Assembly: GCA_044356215.1 (NCBI GenBank)
Contig: JBIKWQ010000060.1
Location: 1-21,883 of the forward strand
DNA: 21,883 bases
From: Bdellovibrionota bacterium
GTDB taxonomy: Bacteria; Bdellovibrionota_C; UBA2361; OMII01
Reading direction: 5' to 3'
Shown: one piece after another, positions 7,098 through 16,963 of the stretch
Numbering within the stretch: the first letter of the stretch is position 1
Layout of the letters: each line of letters opens with the position of its first letter
The notes under the pieces: model-generated
What the model was told of the DNA's origin: nothing
The model's database searches: none
Seen by the model: only the letters and a program-made list of their open reading frames with translations
Made by a program: the position numbers and the translations under genes

Positions 7098-7745
7098 ATG
7101 TGGCTCGACCGCGCTATTAAGTGGCTACTGCCCCGAGAAGAACACTTCTTTGACTTACTATCAAAAGGCGCTCGCTGCGCTAGTGAAACTGGCAGGCTTT
7201 TGGTTGATTGTGTTTCCGATTCTGATCCAGCTTCTCGCGAGAGGACCATCGCTAGGATCAAGGAGGTTGAGCGCGAAGCTGATCTAATTATCGCCGAGGT
7301 TTATAAGGAACTAAATCGCACATTTGTTACACCCATAGATCGCTCGGATATTTATAATCTAGGATCAGAGCTGGAGAGCATCACCGACGAGGCTTGCTCA
7401 ACGGCGCTACAGATCCCCATTCACGCCATCGACGAGCTGCCACAGGGAAGCCTCGAGTTCGCTAAGCTTATTCAGAGCGCCACGCAGGAGATAGTTGAGG
7501 CTGTTGGGCAGATCCGCTCTAAGCACGGGCACCTAAAGATTCGCAAGCATTGCAAAACTATTAAAAGCTACGAGGATCAGGGAGATCAAGTCTTTCGTGA
7601 GCAGATGGCGCGTATGTTTAAAAATGAGACCAATGCTATTAATCTTTTAAAGAACAAGGAATTTCTGGAAGGGCTAGAGCGCACGCTAGATCTATGTGAC
7701 GATGTTGGAAGCGCCCTTTCAACTATCGTAATTAAAAACTCTTAA
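7098..7745 (+). CDS. DUF47 (PhoU-like) phosphate transport regulator
   Basis: LLPREEHFFDL, E.EAD, L..TFVTPIDRSDI..L...L..I.D, E..GD, K...E.LE...D.C.DV. ATG 7098 has an AAGGAG RBS; the ORF-track start at 6963 reads through low-complexity DNA. Confidence 0.93.
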   Translation: MWLDRAIKWLLPREEHFFDLLSKGARCASETGRLLVDCVSDSDPASRERTIARIKEVEREADLIIAEVYKELNRTFVTPIDRSDIYNLGSELESITDEACSTALQIPIHAIDELPQGSLEFAKLIQSATQEIVEAVGQIRSKHGHLKIRKHCKTIKSYEDQGDQVFREQMARMFKNETNAINLLKNKEFLEGLERTLDLCDDVGSALSTIVIKNS

Positions 7746-7762
7746 ACAAAACCTTCAGAGAC

Positions 7763-8770
7763 ATGCTACTAACTCTAGTTATCACCGTTATTATCGTCGC
7801 TCTAATCTTCGATTTTATTAACGGCTTCCACGATACAGCTAACGCCATCGCCACCGTGGTTAGCACAGGGGTGCTGCCGCTAAGAACAGCTATCATGTTA
7901 GCGGCGGTTTTGAACTTCGTCGGCGCGCTAACCGGCACCGCCGTAGCTAGCACTATCGGTAAGGGTATTATTACCCCAAGCACGATAACCCTCGTTGTTG
8001 TTCTATCGGCGCTGATCGGGGCGATCTTCTGGAATCTCTTCACCTGGTATTATGGAATTCCCTCATCTTCATCACACGCAATGGTAGGTGGGATTATTGG
8101 CGCCGGCGTCGCTCACAGTGGATTTAGCTCGATACAGGGCCCGGGAATGACAAAGATCTTCTTTAGCTTGATCCTTAGCCCAGTCGCTGGAATGTTGATC
8201 GCTTTCATTTTGATGCTCGCACTATACTGGGCCTTTAGAAGAGCCGCGCCCGTAGCCGTTTCAGGACTTTTTAGAAAGCTTCAGATGCTCTCTGCTGGAT
8301 TTATGGCGCTATCCCACGGAAGTAATGATGCTCAGAAAACTATGGGTGTAATCACTATGGCACTTGTTGCGTACGGGTCCGTTACCATGACTGGATCAAA
8401 GTTAGTTGTGCCGACCTGGGTTATCTTGGCCAGCGCAGCGGCGATGGGGCTAGGCACCGCGGCCGGTGGAGTTCGTATTATCAAAACACTAGGCACAAAA
8501 ATTATCGATCTTAAGCCAGTGCACGGATTCGCAGCAGAAACAGCGACTGCTGGAGTTATCTTAACTGCTTCGCATTTTGGATTACCTGTATCGACTACAC
8601 ACTGCATCAGCGGATCTATACTTGGGGTAGGCGCGAGCCAGAGCGTGTCAGCCGTTCGGTGGGGAATTACTGTAAAGATCTTGTGGGCCTGGGTACTAAC
8701 GATCCCAGTGAGCGCGATTAGCGCTTTTCTTTGTTACTTGCTGGCTTCGTGGGTTACTGGGCAGGTGTAG
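7763..8770 (+). CDS. pit: Inorganic phosphate transporter, PiT family
   Basis: NGFHDTANAIAT, GIPSSSSH, HGSNDAQKTMG, GLPVSTTH signature motifs; follows DUF47. Confidence 0.96.
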   Translation: MLLTLVITVIIVALIFDFINGFHDTANAIATVVSTGVLPLRTAIMLAAVLNFVGALTGTAVASTIGKGIITPSTITLVVVLSALIGAIFWNLFTWYYGIPSSSSHAMVGGIIGAGVAHSGFSSIQGPGMTKIFFSLILSPVAGMLIAFILMLALYWAFRRAAPVAVSGLFRKLQMLSAGFMALSHGSNDAQKTMGVITMALVAYGSVTMTGSKLVVPTWVILASAAAMGLGTAAGGVRIIKTLGTKIIDLKPVHGFAAETATAGVILTASHFGLPVSTTHCISGSILGVGASQSVSAVRWGITVKILWAWVLTIPVSAISAFLCYLLASWVTGQV

Positions 8771-8771
8771 G

Positions 8772-9401
8772 CTACCGCCCCCGATAAACACCACGCTCCA
8801 AACAATACCGCGCGACCTCTGCCGGCAATAACCCTGCACAAGGATCGCCACTAGCTAGCCTGCGACGGAGCTCAGTACTTGAAACATCAATCGCTAAATC
8901 TCCCAACTCAGGGAGCCACTCAAGTCGCCAATCGGAAGCTAATTTACTCTCTGTCTTATCACCTGGCCGCTTCACCACTATAAAGCTGACCTCATCTTTT
9001 AGCTCAGACGCCTTATACCAATTCGGCAGGTCTTTAATTAACTCACTCCCGATAACAAAAACGATCTCGCTTTCTGGATAAACAACTTTAAAGTATCGCG
9101 CCAAATCAATAGACGAAAAACCGGCGGCGCCGCTAACCTGAGCGTCGCTCGCACTTACTTTTGTTGATTCACTAAAGTTAGCGGCTACTCCGAGCTTACA
9201 TATATTTAATCTATCAACAGCTCCAGAGAGAGCTAATTTATCTGGGCGCGCACCACTTGGGACCACCACTACCTGTTTAATATCAGAGAGTCTTAAAAGT
9301 AGTTTTATTACAGCTACATGTCCGTTATGAAACGGATCAAACGCTCCGCCAAATATAACTACGCGCTCACGCGCCTGATTGTCGACAGTTGAGTAGCTCA
9401 T
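8772..9401 (-). CDS. nadD: Nicotinate-nucleotide adenylyltransferase
   Basis: IFGGAFDPFHNGH (HxGH), FVIG.E...L..W, VSST.LR; its ATG overlaps the nadE stop (TAATG). Confidence 0.93.
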   Translation of the reverse strand: MSYSTVDNQARERVVIFGGAFDPFHNGHVAVIKLLLRLSDIKQVVVVPSGARPDKLALSGAVDRLNICKLGVAANFSESTKVSASDAQVSGAAGFSSIDLARYFKVVYPESEIVFVIGSELIKDLPNWYKASELKDEVSFIVVKRPGDKTESKLASDWRLEWLPELGDLAIDVSSTELRRRLASGDPCAGLLPAEVARYCLERGVYRGR

Positions 9402-11437
9402 TATTTTCTTCGAGAACTACCTCTTTTCGTGCGCTCTTTTTTAACCGCCTCGCGAAGCTCATCAAGCTCCCTACTAAATCCCCCTGATAAGATCGGAAAT
9501 CTGCACCAGGTCTTAGGATCGACATTTTCGTCATCAACGTGAAAGCTTGGCGCATAACGCTCACGTTTCCACTGACTAGCGCTCCAGAGTTTAAAGAAAC
9601 GCTCAACCCAACTAGCAAGCTCTTCAGCCTTATAACGGCCGCGATTATGTGCTACTACAGATCGCCAAACCTGAACTGGAGTTAGCTTATCCCGGATTGC
9701 CGCTCTCTCAATCTGATCTAGCACAATATAAGGCATCAGATCGCCCTCATCGGTTTGCTTAGCGCTCTGCGGCCTTAGCTCCGCAGTTGGGGCTTGCACC
9801 TTAACTAACTTAAGCGAGCTAAACGGTCGCAGATCCGCTGGCCCCTTAATCTCTAACCACTGAAGCCACTCACGTAGATAAGCTTTATCGATCCCACCAA
9901 GTGGGGCTAAACCACCACTACTATCGCCATCCATTGTCGCGTAACCAACCGCGGCTTCGCTACGATTACTTGTTGTTAACAACAGGGCGCGCTTTAGATT
10001 CGCTATTAACCACACTGACGGAGATCTAACACGCGCCTGGATGTTTTGTAGCGCCAGATCGTGCTCTTTCCACGACAATTTTAGCCCCATACCGCGCTCT
10101 ATTAACTGCGTGTATCCAGAAACCAACGGATCTATATCTAAGTCGTAAAATGTCGAGCCCACATCTTGCGCGACACTCTTTGCCGCTTTGTGAGTTACTT
10201 TTGAGCTGTTCTTAGTCGCCTGATAAACGCAAGTTAAGATCTCCTTAATAAGATCGCGCTCGCTTTTTATATTCTTTATCCAAGGAATGTAACTTAAAAG
10301 TGACTTTAGCTCAGCTAATCCGAGCTCTTTCACAGCGCCTTTAACCATTAACGCCACAAGGCAGCTAACTGCACTAGAATCAACTCCTCCACTAAGAGAG
10401 ACAACAAAGCCTTGGTTTTTACTCTTTCTTAAATAATCAAAGAGGCCAAGTGCGATTACCCTTGAGAACTCTTCGTGCTTTTTCTCGATACCAACTTTAC
10501 TTTCCCAATCCGGTAAAAAACCCGTTTCTCCGATTCGACCAAATTCACTCTCTCGCAGCGATAAATCAGCAATTCTCACAATACGATTAGCCGCATCTAG
10601 TGTAGGTCTAAAGCCAGTTAGCCTGCGTCTTACAAGTCTAGAGCGCGCTATATCACAGGTTGCTGTTGTTACCTTACGCCCTGAATACGAGAATCGCGGC
10701 CCTTGAGCTAGGATCTCCCCGTGTGAGGCTATAAATGCATCGCCATCGTAGATAGCTCGCCCAGCCTCACATCCCAGAAGGTTCGCGTAGACATAGGCTG
10801 CTCCACACGCTCTTGAACCTTCAAGTATAAAACGTTTGCGGATCTCCTGCTTACCAAAAGCGAAGTGACTAGCGCTTGGATTTAGAATCAGATCGACCCC
10901 GTGTTGAGCCAGGGCGAATCCGGGGCGCTCCGCTACCCAGGCATCCTCACAGATCTCAAATCCGATCCGAGTACCATCTATCTCAAAGAGGAGATCACCA
11001 ACTGGGAGCTTCTCTTCACCTATCTCAATCTCACTAACAACTCGCGCGGGCCACGGCTTAAACCACCTGGGCTCGTAGTGCAGACCATCGCCAGCTAAAT
11101 TCTGCTTGGCTACAAAACCTCGCAGCGCGCCGTCAACAGCGACACCTACAACGTTGTAAACCACTCCTTGCACTGTGAGCGGCATTCCGAAGTTAACAAA
11201 GAGCCCTTTAGTATCTTTAGCTAACTCTTGCGCATACTGAAGAGCGGTTTCTGTAGTCCCCTCGCTGTGAAATGCATCCTCGCAGCCATATCCAGTGATA
11301 CAAAGCTCAGGCAAGCAGAGCACCCGCGCCCCAGCAGCGCGCGCAAGCTTGATAGCTTGACGGATATTACGCGCGTTGTCGTCCCAGGCGAGCGGGGTCT
11401 GATTGAGAGCCGCCGCTGCCACCTTGATCACGGTCAT
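9401..11437 (-). CDS. nadE: Glutamine-dependent NAD+ synthetase
   Basis: Nitrilase-like domain (LPELCITGY, K..L...G..YE.RWF, EICED) fused to a synthetase domain (SLSGGVDSS, QNIQAR.R, TSNRSE..VGY.T..GD, PTAEL.P, Q.DE.DL). Confidence 0.97.
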   Translation of the reverse strand: MTVIKVAAAALNQTPLAWDDNARNIRQAIKLARAAGARVLCLPELCITGYGCEDAFHSEGTTETALQYAQELAKDTKGLFVNFGMPLTVQGVVYNVVGVAVDGALRGFVAKQNLAGDGLHYEPRWFKPWPARVVSEIEIGEEKLPVGDLLFEIDGTRIGFEICEDAWVAERPGFALAQHGVDLILNPSASHFAFGKQEIRKRFILEGSRACGAAYVYANLLGCEAGRAIYDGDAFIASHGEILAQGPRFSYSGRKVTTATCDIARSRLVRRRLTGFRPTLDAANRIVRIADLSLRESEFGRIGETGFLPDWESKVGIEKKHEEFSRVIALGLFDYLRKSKNQGFVVSLSGGVDSSAVSCLVALMVKGAVKELGLAELKSLLSYIPWIKNIKSERDLIKEILTCVYQATKNSSKVTHKAAKSVAQDVGSTFYDLDIDPLVSGYTQLIERGMGLKLSWKEHDLALQNIQARVRSPSVWLIANLKRALLLTTSNRSEAAVGYATMDGDSSGGLAPLGGIDKAYLREWLQWLEIKGPADLRPFSSLKLVKVQAPTAELRPQSAKQTDEGDLMPYIVLDQIERAAIRDKLTPVQVWRSVVAHNRGRYKAEELASWVERFFKLWSASQWKRERYAPSFHVDDENVDPKTWCRFPILSGGFSRELDELREAVKKERTKRGSSRRK

Positions 11438-11573
11438 ATTAAAACCCTGCTACAAAATTCACCGAGTGACCCCTATAAGTTACCGTAATTAATATCGGCT
11501 AATTTCAAATAACTAAAGAGGCTTAGCTTTCTAATCTACCCCAATTTAGGCTAAATGAAACAAATCTTGTCTT

Positions 11574-11598
11574 ATAACGGCGCAACTTGCGCCGTTAT
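11574..11598. promoter_or_regulatory. Perfect 25-bp palindrome in the divergent nadE / yip1 intergenic region
   Basis: ATAACGGCGCAA-C-TTGCGCCGTTAT; function (operator or hairpin) unknown. Confidence 0.5.
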
Positions 11599-11686
11599 TG
11601 AACAAAAGCTCGCCTATGCTAGGTTTTACCCGCCCCATTAGGTTTATCATTTACTCCCGTCCCCATCCTAGAGTAGCCTCTTGGCT

Positions 11687-12325
11687 ATGAGCACAGAAAC
11701 TATAACCACCGAGAAAAAACTGATTAATATCCCCTTATTAATAGAGAGAGCCAAGCTGGTCATACTCTCACCCAAGGAGTGCTGGCAGAAGATCTCAAAT
11801 GAAAACACACCTCCCAAGGAGCTGGTGCAATCTATCGTAACACCACTATTAGTTCTTAGTGTCGTGTTATCTGTAGTTGGCTTGCAGGTATTTGGTATCT
11901 ACATGGGGCCTCTCGGAACATGGCGCCCTCCGCTTTTTCCGCACCTCTTCTCTCAGATAGGATTTGCGATTATTAGCGTTGTAATGCTGTATGTATCATC
12001 TTTTATAGTTCAAAAGTTAGCGGGCCTCTTTCATGGAACAGCGACACCTGAGCGCGCATTTAGTCTAGTTACTCACGCTGTGCTTCCAATGATGGTTGGT
12101 AATCTTCTAGCGTTTTATCCGATCTTAGGAATTCTCGGTCTAGTTTTTACAGTGATCTCAGTTATAGCCCTTTATCACGGCATTCCCGCGATGACTACTG
12201 TCGCACCAAACAAAACCCTAGGTTTCATCGCGGCGTATATCTGCATAATGATACTAGCGTCGCTTGTGATCTACGGACTGGCCGCATTTGTGGTTCCTCT
12301 GCCACAGCCGCCGCTGATGTCGTAG
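11687..12325 (+). CDS. Yip1-family membrane protein
   Basis: ER.K.VILSPKE.W..I..E N-terminal motif and about five hydrophobic helices. ATG 11687 is preferred over TTG 11681. Confidence 0.85.
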   Translation: MSTETITTEKKLINIPLLIERAKLVILSPKECWQKISNENTPPKELVQSIVTPLLVLSVVLSVVGLQVFGIYMGPLGTWRPPLFPHLFSQIGFAIISVVMLYVSSFIVQKLAGLFHGTATPERAFSLVTHAVLPMMVGNLLAFYPILGILGLVFTVISVIALYHGIPAMTTVAPNKTLGFIAAYICIMILASLVIYGLAAFVVPLPQPPLMS

Positions 12326-12333
12326 GGAAGACC

Positions 12334-12416
12334 GGCAAAACCTCGCTTACGCGATGTTTTGTTAGAAACGGCGCTTTCGCGGCGCACGCAAAAACTCACG
12401 TAAGCGAGGTTTTGCC
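12334..12416. repeat. 83-bp hairpin between convergent genes (REP-like / bidirectional terminator)
   Basis: 18-bp perfect arms GGCAAAACCTCGCTTACG / CGTAAGCGAGGTTTTGCC with an imperfect inner extension. Confidence 0.7.
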
Positions 12417-12439
12417 CCGTCTCCTTAGAGTTCATCCCA

Positions 12440-13903
12440 CTACTTCCCAGACCTCTCGCCCTCAATCTTCTCTCCCTCCACTAACGCCTCATCCCAGCCA
12501 CCACCAAGCGCCTTAAAGAGCGAGACAAGCGAGGTTAAGAGCTCAGTTTGACTCTGAGCTAATTCAAGTTGAGTTGTCAGTCCAACACGCTGCGCGTCAA
12601 GTACAGGTAAGAGATCAACTAATCCGTTCTCGTATTGAGTTCTAGCTATCTGCACCGCTCTGGTGCTGTTTTTAACACTATCTGATAAGAGATCTCTTCT
12701 CTGCCTAGAGGCTGAGAACTGCGCTAATGCTGACTCTGTATCTTCAAGCGCCGTTAAAACCGATTGTTCATACTGTGCCAAAGCGCCATCACGGATAGCT
12801 TTAGCTTGATCGATATTGGCGAAAACTCGGCCAAGATTAAACGCTGGCCAAGAGATACTAGGCAAGATTCGATAAAAATCATTATCTCCCGATGATATGC
12901 CGCTAACTGTCGAGGCTTGATAACCGATCGATCCGTTAAAGACTACCTTAGGAAAGAGATCGCCGGTCGCCACACCTATTCCAGCGGTCGCGGCGGCTAA
13001 ACGTGCCTCAGCGGCGCGGATATCTGGCCTACGTTTTAAAAGTCCTGCAGGATCTCCAATAGTAATAGGCCCTGCGTAAACTGGAAGCGCCTTCTTCTTT
13101 GATAGCTCAGGGTCTATCTGACTCGGCTGCTTTCCACACAGAACAGCTAATCTATACAGCGCCCCTTGAGCGCGCGCCTCTAAACTTGGCACTGCCGCCA
13201 ACGTATTTGATAACTGAGCTCTTGCTCGCACCACATCAAACTCAGTTGACTGACCACCTTTAAAGAGAGCGTGTGCTATCTTTACCACCTGCTCTTGGGT
13301 CTTAGCATTCTCTTTGGCGACCTCAATTTGCTGCTGCGTGCCCCTTAGGATAAAATAATTACGCGCCACTTCGCTAATAACTATCCGAACACCATCACGT
13401 AGATCCGCCACTGCCGCAGCACTCTCCGCGTCACGCGCCTCAACACCTCTACGCACTCGCCCAAATAGATCTAGCTCCCAAAAAGCATCGAAACCAGCTC
13501 CGTAGAACTCATTTGTTATGTGAGAGCGAGCTGCCTGAAAAGCATTGCCCGCAAACGTTGATGTGGGGATCCTTGTTCGTGCGTAATTGCCCTCTGCCGT
13601 TACTGTTGGGAAGAGATCTAAAAAAGACTCCCTCCTTACTGCTCTTGCCTGATTTACTCTAGCCAGTGCGCTATCTAGATCGCGGTTTGCTCTAACCGCC
13701 TCAGTGATTAGCTTATCTAATTCAGGGTCTCTAAAGCTAGACCACCACTTGTCACCTTTAAACTCGTTATTATCTGCGGCGGCTTTGGCTGCTTCATTAA
13801 AGTTGGCTGCAACCTCCGTCTTGGGGGGCTCAAAATCCGGACCAACGGCACAGCCGCCGGCTAAAAACGCAACAAATATAAGAACCGGGATACTACGCCT
13901 CAT
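12440..13903 (-). CDS. RND efflux outer membrane lipoprotein (NodT/OprM/TolC family)
   Basis: Lipoprotein signal LAGGC-AVGPDF, WW..F.DP.L..LI, WELDLFG, LL.RRPDIRAAE, L.KALGGGW. Confidence 0.95.
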   Translation of the reverse strand: MRRSIPVLIFVAFLAGGCAVGPDFEPPKTEVAANFNEAAKAAADNNEFKGDKWWSSFRDPELDKLITEAVRANRDLDSALARVNQARAVRRESFLDLFPTVTAEGNYARTRIPTSTFAGNAFQAARSHITNEFYGAGFDAFWELDLFGRVRRGVEARDAESAAAVADLRDGVRIVISEVARNYFILRGTQQQIEVAKENAKTQEQVVKIAHALFKGGQSTEFDVVRARAQLSNTLAAVPSLEARAQGALYRLAVLCGKQPSQIDPELSKKKALPVYAGPITIGDPAGLLKRRPDIRAAEARLAAATAGIGVATGDLFPKVVFNGSIGYQASTVSGISSGDNDFYRILPSISWPAFNLGRVFANIDQAKAIRDGALAQYEQSVLTALEDTESALAQFSASRQRRDLLSDSVKNSTRAVQIARTQYENGLVDLLPVLDAQRVGLTTQLELAQSQTELLTSLVSLFKALGGGWDEALVEGEKIEGERSGK

Positions 13904-13915
13904 AACGCCAACAGA

Positions 13916-16900
13916 TCACTTAATTACCTCTTTAGGTCTTGAAATACAAACGTAGAGCACAGGTACCACAAAAAGGGTAAATGCGGTACCGATGATCATT
14001 CCAGTCACTAAAGTTATTCCGATACTGTTACGCGCAGCGGCTCCAGCACCCGTGGCGATAACTAGCGGGAAATGGCCGACAACCGTCGCCACAGATGTCA
14101 TTAATATCGGCCTTAATCGAGTTATACACGCCTGTATCACCGCCTCAACCTTCGACAACCCGTGCTCGATCTGCGCTGTGTTAGCGAACTCAACTATTAA
14201 TATGCCGTTTTTAGCTATCAAACCAACGAGGGTAACAAGACCCACCTGAGAGTAGATATTTAAAGAGGTCATTCCTAAAAACACAAACAAGAGCGCCCCG
14301 GCGAGAGCCAGAGGCACAGAACCAGCCAAAATCACCAACGGATCAATAAAGCTCTCAAACTGAGCGGCTAAGACTAAAAATATCACCACTAAGGCTAAAA
14401 GAAGCGTACCGGTCATACTCTTTGACTCGCGGCGTAGCTGTCTCGATTCACCGGCGTAATCGATTAAGTAATTTGACGGCAGTATCTCCTTAGCCTTCTC
14501 CTCAAGTACAGAGAGCGCCTCGTTTAAACTCACCCCAGGCACGATCGCGCCCTGAATCTTAGCTGAGTTTAACTGTTGAAAACGGTTTAGCTGTCTTGGC
14601 TGAGTTGAGTTGGAGATCGAAGCCACGCTCGCTAATGGAATCAGTGAGCCTCCTGGACCCCTTACATGAAGAGCTAGAAGCTGTTCTGGATTTAGTCGCT
14701 CTCGGCGCTCGACCTGCGGAATCACCCGGTAGCTCTTCCCCTGTATCGAGAAGCGATTAACGTAATTACCACCAACAAAAGTAGCTAGATCCTCACCGAT
14801 ATTGGCTAACGACATCCCCATCGCGTTAGCCTTATCACGATCTATTACCACCTCTCCGCGTGGTTGATCGTATTTCAGATCGCTATCAGCGAACATAAAT
14901 TTACCACTCGCGAACGCCGCCCCCACTAGCTGCTCGGCGTAGCCAACAACCTCATCGTGCTCGGCTGTTGATGAGATAACCATCTCAACCGGGAAATCAC
15001 TCCCTCCTGGAAGAGCAGGCTTAGTGGTCACGATCACACGCGCCCCAGGTATAGCGCCTACTTTTCCCCACAATTCAGGCTCAATATCAAAGATAGTTCG
15101 CTTACGCTCACTCCACGGTTTAGTAACTAAACCAGAGAAACCAAATCCTGGGCCGGTTAACTGAAACGCGCCGCGGTACTCCGGCACAGATTTATAAGCC
15201 TCGAAGACCTGACTTGTTGAAAGCCGCATCTGCTCAATAGTCGCCTCTGGTGGGCCCTGCACGATTCCAAAGAGCACACCTTGGTCCTCACGAGGGGCTA
15301 ACTCCTTCATTGAGAAGAGATAAAGCGGAACCAAAAGTAGCGTTATAAAAACCGCGCACGTCACCACCGCCGCCCGATACTTAAAGATTGATCTAAGTTT
15401 AAGCTCATACCAACTCTTAAAGTTATTTAGCCAATGCTCAACCGCTAATTTAACCTTGTTATCGGCGACCCCACCTACTGGAATGAGCTTTGATGACATC
15501 ATCGGAGAGAGCGTAATAGCTACTAGCCCAGAGATAATAACAGCGCCAGATAAAGTTAAAGCGAACTCCTTAAAGAGCGCTCCTGTTAAACCACCCTGAA
15601 AACCTATCGGCGCGTAAACCGCCGCCAATGTGATCGTCATCGCTATCGTCGGCCCGATTAACTCGCGCGCCGCAGTAATCGCCGCCTCTAGTGGCGCTTG
15701 CCCATCGCGGATGTGGCGCTCAACGTTCTCTAGCATCACAATCGCGTCATCAACCACTAATCCCACCGCTAATACGATCGCTAAAAGCGTTAAGAGATTA
15801 ATGGTAAAACCAAACGCCAACATAATCGCCGTGGCGCCAATTAAAGAGAGCGGTATCGCTACGATCGGAACTAATACAGATCTAAAAGAGCCGATAAAGA
15901 GATAAATTACCAAGATAACGATGATAATCGTCTCGGTTAGAGTCTTTAATACATCAGAGATAGCGTCCTCTATATATTTGGTCGCGTCGTATGGCACGGT
16001 GAGCGTCGCGCCACTGGGGAGATTTCGCTCGATCTCTGGAAGAACTTTTCTTACGTTATCGATCACCTCTAGCGAATTAGCATTTGGCAGAACCCAAACC
16101 CCCATAAATGTGGCTCGCTTACCGTTAAAGAGAACCTCCTCATCGTAGCTCTCAGCCCCTAGAACCACATCTGCTATATCCTCAAGCTTAACAACAGAGG
16201 CGCCCTTCTTAGCGACAACTAACTTCTTAAACTCATCGGCGCTCTTAAGATCGGTGTTAGCAACTAAGCTCGCGGTGACTAGAGCACCCTTAGTGTTACC
16301 AACCGCCGAGAGAAAGTTATTTCTTGAGAGCGCCTGCCTTACATCCGCCGCGCTTATGCCTAGTGCGGCCATCCGGTCGGACTTCATCCAGACACGCATC
16401 GCGAAGGTTCTTCCGCCTAAAACATCGGCGCGCTGAACCCCTGGAACCGTTGATAACTGCGGTTGGACAACTCTCGTTAAATACTCAGTAAGTTGATTAG
16501 CCTCCATATCAGGAGAGGCGAAGCCGATATACATCGCGGCGAATCGATTATCGCTACTCTCTACCTCAATAATCGGCGACTCAGCCTCAGGGGGGAGCTC
16601 GCTCCGTACCTGAGCGACCTTAGCTTGGATCTGTGTAAGTGCCGCGTTAACATCGAAGTTTAATCTAAGGTGCGCGATAATCTCGCTTAATCCCTGCTTG
16701 CTACTTGATTCGATATAATCAATACCGTCAGCGCTCGCTATAACACGCTCTAACGGAGCTGATATGTAACCTCTGACCAGATCCGCTGGGGCGCCGATAT
16801 ATGCCGTGCGCACCTTTACTATGGCGCTATCGCTCTTTGGAAACTGAGTTACCGAGAGGCTCCTGATAGCTTGATAACCCGCCAACAGGATTAGCACGTT

Positions 16901-16951
16901 AAGGCAGATAGCCAGAACGGGGCGCTTAATAAATATATCTGTTATCCTCAT
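13916..16951 (-). CDS. RND efflux permease (AcrB/AcrD/AcrF family, MexI/MexW-like)
   Basis: FIKRPVLA, GLVVDDAIV..EN, AKNGILIVEFAN, RLRPILMT; 1011 aa. Confidence 0.97.
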   Translation of the reverse strand: MRITDIFIKRPVLAICLNVLILLAGYQAIRSLSVTQFPKSDSAIVKVRTAYIGAPADLVRGYISAPLERVIASADGIDYIESSSKQGLSEIIAHLRLNFDVNAALTQIQAKVAQVRSELPPEAESPIIEVESSDNRFAAMYIGFASPDMEANQLTEYLTRVVQPQLSTVPGVQRADVLGGRTFAMRVWMKSDRMAALGISAADVRQALSRNNFLSAVGNTKGALVTASLVANTDLKSADEFKKLVVAKKGASVVKLEDIADVVLGAESYDEEVLFNGKRATFMGVWVLPNANSLEVIDNVRKVLPEIERNLPSGATLTVPYDATKYIEDAISDVLKTLTETIIIVILVIYLFIGSFRSVLVPIVAIPLSLIGATAIMLAFGFTINLLTLLAIVLAVGLVVDDAIVMLENVERHIRDGQAPLEAAITAARELIGPTIAMTITLAAVYAPIGFQGGLTGALFKEFALTLSGAVIISGLVAITLSPMMSSKLIPVGGVADNKVKLAVEHWLNNFKSWYELKLRSIFKYRAAVVTCAVFITLLLVPLYLFSMKELAPREDQGVLFGIVQGPPEATIEQMRLSTSQVFEAYKSVPEYRGAFQLTGPGFGFSGLVTKPWSERKRTIFDIEPELWGKVGAIPGARVIVTTKPALPGGSDFPVEMVISSTAEHDEVVGYAEQLVGAAFASGKFMFADSDLKYDQPRGEVVIDRDKANAMGMSLANIGEDLATFVGGNYVNRFSIQGKSYRVIPQVERRERLNPEQLLALHVRGPGGSLIPLASVASISNSTQPRQLNRFQQLNSAKIQGAIVPGVSLNEALSVLEEKAKEILPSNYLIDYAGESRQLRRESKSMTGTLLLALVVIFLVLAAQFESFIDPLVILAGSVPLALAGALLFVFLGMTSLNIYSQVGLVTLVGLIAKNGILIVEFANTAQIEHGLSKVEAVIQACITRLRPILMTSVATVVGHFPLVIATGAGAAARNSIGITLVTGMIIGTAFTLFVVPVLYVCISRPKEVIK

Positions 16952-16963
16952 GGTCCTTACCGC

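Noticed and set aside
12334..12416. Integron attC site
   Set aside because: No RYYYAAC/GTTRRRY boxes at the ends of the hairpin and no cassette array or integrase.
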